Of a stretch of DNA of 64,000 bases, positions 46,601-57,400 are shown in pieces. Origin of the DNA: Oopsacas minuta (lineage: Eukaryota; Animalia; Porifera); the NCBI GenBank assembly GCA_024704765.1, contig JAKMXF010000110.1, forward strand, positions 620,001 through 684,000, read 5' to 3'. Numbering within the stretch: the stretch's first letter is position 1; each line of letters opens with the position of its first letter. The position numbers and the translations under genes are program-made. A model generated the notes under the pieces. That model was given only the letters and a program-made list of their open reading frames with translations, was not told the origin of the DNA and ran no database searches.

Positions 46601-49600
46601 AATACGAACTTAATACTAATATGATGTCATGTCAATATAGAACTTAATACTAATATGATGTCACGTCAATATAGAACTAGCAGTATATATGTATAATAGG
46701 CAAATAAGTTCCATAAACGAATTTGGATCTCAGATTTCATATTTGTTAAAGTAAAATCCTACTGATTGGAAGAAAGCAAGGACTATAAGGTTTGTTGTTG
46801 ATTTCATAGCGAAATTGTTGGTCTACGGGATTTTTCAGAGTGAAAGTTCGATCTAGAATGTAACCTGCATAATGGGTTGACAGAGACGCCTCATAATGCT
46901 ACCCGTTTTTGCCAAATCCCCCACGGCAAGTGTGCAAATCATTCTTTTGTGGAGGCTCATTTGTATGGGACTAGGAATTCGCTCTATTTATTTTTCACTC
47001 CGTTTCCAGAAGTTTCCCATTTCCACAGCTCCGTTCGTGGAGGTTACACTTGTATTTTAGATTTTCGAATATTTATTCTTGTTATTTTCCCCCTATTACA
47101 CCCGAATAGCTAAACTAACATTGACTTATTTTAGCTATAAAATGGATGTCGAATTCAGAGAAATCAGTGATATACAATTCAAAGAGCTGGTATGCGTATC
47201 TAGACAAGATACAGGTCACGGAGGGTACAAGAAAGATCTACTGTGTCAGAATTTCAGTGCCCTAGAAGAATCACTACTCCTGTGTCCGAGCTGTAACGGA
47301 GTAATGCGAGACTCAAGCGTTTGGGAAGGTAAAACAACCTGTCATGACTGCTGTGAGAATACAACCAACTCTGCATGCTCAGTACTGCACCGTAAAAACA
47401 TAAATGAACTTCAAGTAAAGTGTCCCCTTGAAGAAGGAGGGTGTCCTTGGAGTGGCAAACTGTGTGACATCAAGAACCACCTCGCCCTTTGTAAATACCT
47501 CTCGGTTGAATGCCACTATGCTAAATTTGGGTGCCGTTTCAAGTCGGTTATCCCAGGGGAGGTTGCGAGACACGTCACAGATTCGATGTTCGAACATTTG
47601 GAAATGCGAATGAATTTGATCGAATTAGACAACGCACAATTACGTAACCAAAATACCTCGATTAAGCTACAACTCAATGCTCTGATGAAAAAAGCACCAA
47701 TTTCAAAGTTCGTAGAGTCACTGAAAATGTGTCTCCAGGGTGCAGAGTGGAGTTTGAAGGGTCACGAGATCATGGGGAGTAAGGGGGAGATAGTAGGACC
47801 TGATTTCTACATCAGAGGATATCATTTACAGCTGGTAGGACAGGTAGAGGATAACCTGGTGTTGTTCCGTGTCCGTAGGATATCAGGAGAATTTGACAGC
47901 TGTATATCACCTGGTACACTAATGTATAGCAGTATTGATCAGCGGAGTAAAGAGAAGACAACCAATAACACTCATAACCATAGACTGGACATAGGTGTAC
48001 TAACTGAACCGATATACCAATCTAAGTGTACTGATTCTGTAAACAGGTTCTACTTCCATATTGAACTCTGCTGATACTATTTTAGATTACATCCTATTTA
48101 TAAATGTTTACCTATATTGTTTGTTTATTCTTTATAATAGATTATTACATTAAGATCCCCTTTCAATTGTTTTCAACCTCTCCCATTCCAGACCGCCCTT
48201 CGGGTGTGTTAAGAGACCAAATCAATACCTATGTAGTCTGGATTGGGACAATAATAGACACATACTGGGTCCATGTTAACGAGAAACTTGTTTCAGCTGC
48301 ACATGATGCCCATCGAAGCATACGGACGGGTAGCGTTTCTTTATCATTATCTCATCAGTTTATGACGTTATCATAACGCAAAGTAGACAATTCAGGAAAT
48401 TTCAATGATTCAACTTGTAAATATGTGTAATTAAGCGTGTTAGAGGAGATTTGTGAAGATATAATCACTACTATTCACCCGTTAATTAGTAAATATATTG
48501 TGTAGTGAATTTCACTGATAAAATGGTGAAATAATAACAATACTCATGTGACAGGTAAACTTGAGGAATTTGATTTATTTGACACAAATAATGTTACAAC
48601 AAAGATTCATATTTAGCAAGTCGAAGGTCAGACCGTAATATCTCTTCATTTTCAATCTCATTCTCAGTCATCTCAACCTTCTGAACGAACCAACGTAATA
48701 TCTTGTATCTTCTCCCAGATGTAGTCTTACCATATGAATAAATAGCCGCGTACAACAAGCAGAATATTATCGTCCAGAATATACTGCAAATTGGAACTAA
48801 CATGAATACAGCCCAAACTCCATGCATTTTGTATAAGAAGCGTAGATTACGGATAATATATATGGAAAATTATATGACTATAATCTTTTGAAGGGAATCA
48901 TTCGAGGATAACTATTCGTAATTCAATGAAAAATGTAGGGAGAATGGTAACTATGCAAAGATAAAATGGAATGTTTTAACTGAGTAGCCGTATGAATGTA
49001 ATGAAAAAATCCAATCACAGATAGGTGTGAAAAGGTGAATATATACCACACATAATTTGTAGAATATCAGTGTCCGTATATACACACACAGGTTCTGATG
49101 CGATCCTCTAATACGTAAATCTATATACTATATTAGAATATGTATAAGTGCTAATTCATCTAATTAGTTCCATCTAAGATGATATTAATCTGGAACTGTA
49201 ATATTTCAATTTAACTGATGACGTCAGAAAGTGAAAAATTGGTTTATGAAAAGTATAAAATGAAAGAAGTCAAATTCTATAAAGGAATTGAAATTCTGAA
49301 TTTTTAAGGAATATTATTTACAAATATGGATCAACAAAATACTATAAATGAGAATTTAACACCTAAAATTTCCAAAGAAAAATCGGGTAGAGGAAAGAGG
49401 GGAAAGAGTAAATCAAAAAGGAGAATATCTTTACATCCAGTGTCATTTGTATTCATGGCATGTAAGTTATAATTATATCAACAAACAGCTGTGAAAACAT
49501 CACATGTTGATTAGGTTAAAACAGGATTTGATTTGTTTGTTTGTGTTTTTAGGTGTACATCTCTCAGGGGCGATTGTTGATGCAATTACATTTATATAAC

Positions 49601-51334
49601 AGGACAATAACAACAATACCTCAATTATTTAGCATGTCATGAAGTGAATACTTTGAGAATATCTGTTATATGTATTATTTGTTGTTAGATTAAAGTATTA
49701 TGTGAAACAAGCCGCGAATTCAGGGGCGGACCCAGGATTGTTCAGAGGAGACCTGAGTTGAGCGTTACGAGTACTTTAGGGAAGTTCAGGGTAATTTCAA
49801 TATCTCATCACACTTAATAAACATAAGGGGCTTCAGTCCTCATCCTCCACTTAGATCCCACCCCAGAATCTCGAGGCTAAATGTGTTCGCATCATTTGTG
49901 TACCCAATGGCCGACGCCTGCTTCAATCCGTCTATACTAATAGTATATTGTATTATATTAGCTAATATCAGCGCAAGAGACAATGCACAATACTGTACGC
50001 ATAAGCTCAGATAAGCTACATTACATAAATCTATGTGACTGATTAAAGCAATATAGCTAGCAAGTTATGAGTTATAAAATGAATTGAATTTTGATCAAAC
50101 TTTAGAATAATCACATCAATGGCACAAATTTCAAGACAAACGAGTATAACAGTTGCTTCGCCGACACAAAATAGTGGCACAACTCATGTGAGTATCGCCA
50201 TACCACCAGAAAGTGGCACGACTCCAGATGGCAAACAGGTAATTAAAGAGAAAGGCCTTTATGAGAAAGTGAATGATAAAGTTGATTGGGTATTCTACCC
50301 AGTTGATAAAAGTGAGTTAATCTAATTAGACAACTTTTGTTCGATTTTTGTACAGAATTTATTGAGTAAATGATAAGAGCCAGAAGCTTGAAATTTGTAA
50401 CGTATGTGGAATGTGATAAATATAAGAACAAAGTATAAGATCTGAAGCGATATCTAAAAAACTCTTTCAGATAGGTGTCAAAATGTCTTGGCCTATCAGA
50501 TTCGATGGTTTACCAATTGGGATCATTTTGACCAATCAAATTCTAAGCTCTAACACAGCTTAATTAGAACGCAAAAAATGGAAAAATTCCTATTTCGCAG
50601 GTCGCAGTGCAAGTAGCGAAGCTTGCTTGTGTCGATGAAAACGAACGCGGTAATACGATTTTCCGGAAAAGATCATGTCTCTACAATGGTAACGGTATTA
50701 CTCAGGTTAATACGAACCTAAGTTAAAGCGAATACAATTAACCGTCCGTTGATATTCATATTAACGAGGTAATACTGCATGAATATTTACAGGTATGGAG
50801 AAGATGAGAACAGCGCTGAATATCTCAAGATTTTTCACTAAAGCCTTAGCATTAAAAAGATTTCGTACAAAGAAGGGTAAGATTCGGGTAAGGGTAGGAT
50901 TCTATAAGAGTACTGATAATCAGGATAGAGTAGAAGAGCTCCCAGAAGAGGAACAGAGAGAAATGAGCAATACAAGAGCTGGATTAGAATTGTTCACTGC
51001 TTGTAAGTACACTTACAAAGTATAAAAATATGTTAATTGGGATCAGGAAGCTAGGGGTTTATCCAGCTGCTTGGACGGTGAGAATCAAATTAGATTGGGA
51101 CAAGAATTATTATGCTATTGGTTAGTCAGGAACTTGTTTCAGCTCCACAGTCCGCATCAAGTTTACCTGCCACAGGAATATTGTTATTATTTACTAACTA
51201 ACGGGTGAATAGTAATCACAGACTTCCTTTAACACGCTTAATTAACATATTTACAAGTAAAATATTTGTGTGTATTTTTAGGTTTGGAATTCTCGATCCC
51301 TCTCATTGAGCTTCTTCAATCAATTTGACAAGCC

Positions 51335-51415
<81 letters not shown>

Positions 51416-54400
51416 AACAGCCCAGTAATCAATATTTTAGCATCATATATGTCCATAAATTGTAAAATTTGTTTGTAACCTGTACGTAGCTATCTTTGGT
51501 AATAATTATAACTTTAGTTGTATATGATGTGTCATATGACACGTACAGATTACTACAGGCAACTCCTGTTATACCAAACACGGATATATCAGAAATACCC
51601 GCTTATACCGCAGTCTGAAATTGTACAAATAGGGTCCCAAGCGATAATCACTTCGATATCGGTTTTATCGAAGTGAGTATCGCGGTCCCTTGAGCTTCGA
51701 TAAAAAGGAAGTTGACTGTACTTACTTGGCTGTTTTTGACTAAACTGATGTCATTATTAAGTGGATACAAACTTTGTGATTATAGCTTATAATACAACTT
51801 AAGTAATGCTGGTATAGACTATTAGGAGGAGACAATAGGCAATGAATATTGAAACATACTTAAACGTAACGCATATAATGATTTGTTCATATTAGAGACA
51901 CGAGACGTAGAGATATATGAGCAAAGGGAAATAAGGCATTACATGCTAATTATAATATTAGGTCAGAGAGAAAATAGCGATGGAAATTTGATATTTCATA
52001 AGGAATAATCTCAATAGGAGAATGGTAGTGTCTCTTAAATAGAAGTAATTTTAGATACAAAAATTCTCTAAAATACCAGATAATTCAACATAAAAGAAAA
52101 GAAATTAAATCTTTTGTGAGAAACATACCAGAAAAGTATCCAGATAGTTTCTATCGATTTACATTCCATATTCTTTGTTATATGAATGCATAGAGTATAC
52201 AAGGAAATTTAGGGCTATGTTCCTCGCATATGATTGAAAACAAATATATTATCTGGAGCGGATTCGGGGAGGCTAAGGGGGTCTGAATAGAATCATCCTA
52301 GACACCCGTAAAGTGCTCGTAACGCTCAAGCTCAGTTCTCCCCCTTTGAGCAATCCGTCATTGCTTTTCAGGGTCAATTCTGAAATTTTGGGATCCATTG
52401 TTATCATAGGCCTGTCCTTCTCTAATTATATATAACAAGGATGAGATCCCGTAAATAACGACCCGGTAGAAAAGCAATTCACAATTTGATCTAATATTAA
52501 ATATTAGATGGCAGATTCTGACAGAAAGACAGCAGGAGATAGTCCAATCAGTGATCAGCTTACAAACACAGAAGGAACAGCTGATACTAACCCTGGAGAT
52601 TCATTGGTTGAAATCAAGATGGAGGATGTCATTATTTCCACAAATGCTGTAGACAACCCTGTAAATTTATTGGCTGAAGTACAAAAGGAAGAGGTCGTTG
52701 AGCCTAAGGGTGCAGCGACCCCTGAAATCAACCCTGGAGAATCATTGGTTGAAATCAAGATGGAGGATGTCATTGCGGAGGCAGACACACCAAAAATTAT
52801 AAATAGAGAGCAAGAGGTCATTGGAGATGCGAGGAATGAAATACAAGAAGAAGTCTCACATATACTAAATAAAACAGAGAAGTTGAGAGAACAAATTTCA
52901 AATATTAAAGCTGAAGCAGAAATAATAACAAAGAAAGAAGGTAACTTGGTGTAAGAGATAAAATATATTCAACACCTTAACAATTCGTAATATTATAATT
53001 TAGATCCTAAACTATCTGAAAAGAGAAGTAAGAGTTTGGAGGAAGAATTGAATGAGAAAAAAGACAGCAAAGCTGAGGAAAAGTCAAACACGAAAAATGT
53101 AGAAAAAGGACTTGACATAGCTGAAAAAGGTAATTACAACATGAACATAGTGTCGGTTTATAGAGGTGTCTGAAGCAAGCAGGTTCCATTTTAAGTGAAA
53201 TAATTATGTGTATGTAGGTCTAGGGGTAGTAGATGCAGGTGTTACTCTATTGGGGGATATATCAGGGCTGTCAGAAGATGACGGAGGCTTGAAGGGTGTT
53301 AAGGACGTGATAGAACTAGGAAAAGCTACTATAGGCCTTGGAAAAGCTCTCTCCAAAGATAAGGAAAAGGAGGATGAGACGAAAGAAGAAAAGAAAGACG
53401 ATAAAGCTGGGCAAACAGAGAAGGGACTAGACATAGCAGAGAAAGGTAAATACGAAATTTAACACTAGCCAAATAATGATAAATTGTATTTATACATGTG
53501 TAGGACTAGGAGTGGCAGATGCAGGTGTTACTCTAGTGGGGGATATAGGAGGAAAGGAAGGAGGTATGAAGGGTGTTAAAGATGGGATAGGACTAGGAAA
53601 AGCTACCGTAGGCTTTGGAAAAGCTCTCTCCAAAGATTCTAAAGACAAAAAAGAAGACAAGAAAGATGACAAGAATGAAGATAAGAAGGACGATAAAGCT
53701 GAGCAAACAGAGAAGGGACTAGAAATAGCAGAGAAAGGTAAACACGAAATTTATGCAATGCTCAGAATACAATTTACTATACGTTTGCAGGACTAGGAGT
53801 GGCAGATGCAGGTGTTAAACTAGTGGGGGATATAGGAGGAGAGGAAGGAGGTTTGAAGGATGTTAAAGGTGTGATAGGAATTGGAAAGGCTAGCGTAGGG
53901 CTAGGAAAAGCTACTGTAGGCTTTGGAAAAGCTCTCTCCAAAGATTCTAAAAACAAAAACGAAGACAAGAAAGACGACAAGAAAGAAGACAAGAAGGACG
54001 ATAAAGCTGGGCAAACAGAGAAGGGACTAGAAATAGCAGAGAAAGGTAAATATTAATATAGCTCAAGACAGGATGTAAGAATTACTCTCGATTAATAAGT
54101 ACACATATGTATATAGGTTTAGGAGTGGCAGATGCAGGTGTAACTCTGATTGGGGATATAGGAGGAAAGGAAGGCGGTATGAAGGGTGTTAAAGATGGGA
54201 TAGGGCTCGGAAAAGCTGCCGTAGGCTTTGGAAAAGCTCTCTCTAAAGATTCTAAAGACAAAAAAGAAGACAAGAAAGATGACAAGAAAGAAGATAAGAA
54301 GGACGATAAAGCTGAGCAAACAGAGAAGGGACTAGAAATAGCTGGGAAAGCCCTGGACGTAGGAGGTGCTGCTATAGACTTAGCAGGTGACATAGCAGGA

Positions 54401-57400
54401 AATACAGAAGGATTAACTACAGCAAAGGAGACAGTAGGACTAGCTAGTGCAGGTATAGGATTGACGAAAGCTCTGTCAGATGCAAATAAAGAGTCAAGTG
54501 GAGGAGGAGTCTTTGGTAGTTGTCCTTGCAGTATTTTATAAAGAGAACAGAGGTTAATTAATGATTGTATAGTGTTTTTATTTATAGCAGATGCTCTGAA
54601 ATATTTGTATATAAATCATTTGTTGTTGTTTATTAGAGAAAAATAGGAGTCATGATATGATTTATCCAGTAGTTAGCTAATATGTGATAACAATCTTATT
54701 GTGGACACATTTGATTAATCATTTATCACACCCTCAGCATGCTAATTCGGGGTAAACAGGGATCGATTTTGACACTTTCAAATGTCTAACACGAATATTT
54801 ACATTCAATTTGAAATTTGTATGTAAATACCAAATCTAAATATTACCAAACTTGAAATTATAACAAAAAAATAATAACAAGCTTTGAACAGTCAATGAGG
54901 AATCTTTATATCCCATAGTTAGCAACGAAAAATGACAATAGGCATGCCACATATGGTAACATAACCATTAAAACAATCATAAGGTATTGTCTCATAAATT
55001 TCTGGTCATTTAGAAGCCAAAAATAGCTAAATACATTGCAAACTTTACAATAATGGAAATATCATTGGAAGTTCTGGTGAGAAACCTGGCAGTTTGTATT
55101 TGATAAGAATAGTATAAAAGTGGATATATGTACAAGTGTGAAGATTATTAATATGAGTCTAGCTTGTACATATGTTTGTTATTTTGGTATTCCTCTACTT
55201 GTGACGATCATTTGTTTACCATCTTTTGTATTTACTCTATTGTGTATAATTTGTTTAGTTATGAGAAAAAGGATTTTCAAAGCAAACAGCCAGATGAAAA
55301 ATGAGAAGAAGGATCAGGTCTCCGAAGCGGATTCTGAAGATAGATATGTACCTATGTCGAAAATTAGTGTGAAAAAGCCAAAACCTGAGGTTCCAGTAAG
55401 GAAATTCCGTGTTGACAATTCTAAAAGTGGCACAACTGAAGGTGTGAACCACTACGCACCACTTATGATGATTACAAGAGTACAAGGTACACGAATTGAA
55501 AGTAATGAGGTGTATTATGAAGTTATGCGAGGGAGAGTATGAATATTTGATAATGACGATTTGTATTCTTGTATAATTGAGAAATGTAAATAGATTTATG
55601 GTTACAGACTGGATTTATTCGTTCCCCCAGAGGTGTTAAGTGGCTAATTCCATAGTTATGTTTATCTCCATACTTGTGGCAGAATTCATTTCAATATGAT
55701 TATTAGATATTAACCATGGATGGAGGAATTAGTATATTTATATTATTCTTACCAGCAGGGACTAGAACAACATCCAAGCAGATAGACTATATGTGCCATC
55801 CATGGTTACATAACAAATAAGCGTATAGAGGGAACAAAATGCATAAATAAAAATAAATATAAAAGTAAACAAGCAAATAATAAACAACTATTCAAGTAGT
55901 AGAAGTTTGTTGGGTTGTAATAGCCATCGCCTTTTTCTTATGGAAAATGTCCCATAAATATCCGACAATAATTGCAGAACTACAAAGAGTAACTGCAATA
56001 CAAATCAGCACTGATAATGTTATAACAATAGCGAATGCAGGTGTCTGTGTGTAATCAGCTGATTGTGCATGAATGGTTGGGATGGAAGAGAGTAAGAGCA
56101 TGATAATTAGTTCCATAAATACGTGTTTGTTTGTTGATTATATTATTGTATGTATTTGTTTATATTTCTTGTAGTTATGGACAGATGAGAATGAAGTATA
56201 CGAACATATTTTGGCCTTCCGTTGGTGTTCGTATTAACGAGGTTCCTATGGGTACAATTTCGACCCCTTCAGGGGCCGTTTGGGCCAGTTAGTTATTGAT
56301 GGAAGGGGACTAATATTCGGATCAATACGAAATATTTATACAAGTGGTTCACAAGCTTTGTCTTCCGTCGACCCATATATGTACCAATTTAACATATACC
56401 GTGTGGACCCCCTGCTGTTGTCTGTGGATCACCAATGGAGTCATGGACTCAAGGGGAGGAACCATATTAGTATACTATAAAATGTAAACACAATATTTAT
56501 CAACAGACAAAAGATAAAATGCCAAAACACAAACAAACAATCCATGACATCAACAAATAGTTCCTTAAACATTACAATCAGACTTGTTTGAGTTTACACC
56601 TTCATAAGCTGGTGGTGCCTCTTCAATCTGCACGCTGGAAATGATCTTCTCCTGGCCAGCACCGGGGGGAGTTTCCTTCCAAGGGCTTTGTTTATGGAAC
56701 CAGGCACAATACACACATATACATATAACTGGAAGAGAAATCAATCCGATACAGATTAGGATGGGTAACACGAAGTATGTGAAATAACATACCAAACAAA
56801 TATCTCCCGAATAGTCCGCAGAAACTATCCCGGCACTGAACAGGGACAGACATAGTAATATGAATATCTTCTCCATTTTGTGTGTTTTGATTTACTTGTG
56901 TTGATTTTTATAAGCGAAGCTATAAATGCATATTGCACAAGATGGTAGTTATGGCTGGAAAAGAGTTGATGTGTGCAGATGTAGGTTAACGGTTGTATCA
57001 AATTTCTAACATGTTTGTGTCGTAATATTTACATGTAAGACTTCTGTAATTGTGTCTACAGGATGTTTTCTAGACAGAATTTGAGTTAATTTGATTAGCA
57101 ATTCACACCTCTCCCAGGGCGGAAGGAAGGAGTGGGGGTGATAAGAACTTACGCCTATATGCGAGGTATCCTTACACATTCCATTCGACAATTAAATAAT
57201 GGTTATTATTGATAGATAGATAGGCTACCCACCCCTGGATATTGGTCTAGGTCATTTGAGGTACTCCTCGCCGAAGTTGGCTAATTCATTGAAAAATTGC
57301 AAAGAACAATGAATCATTCAAATCATAAATATCTAAAAATTTCTAAAATTACAAGATGTATTAGCTAACATGGCTGTAATATACATCATAACACTTCCAT

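Noticed and set aside
6294-55542. Extended ORF-track starts (7613, 22378, 27179, 40761, 46539, 47079, 55120)
   Set aside because: TTG/GTG or upstream starts from a permissive caller; paralog alignment or protein features favour the downstream ATGs used here
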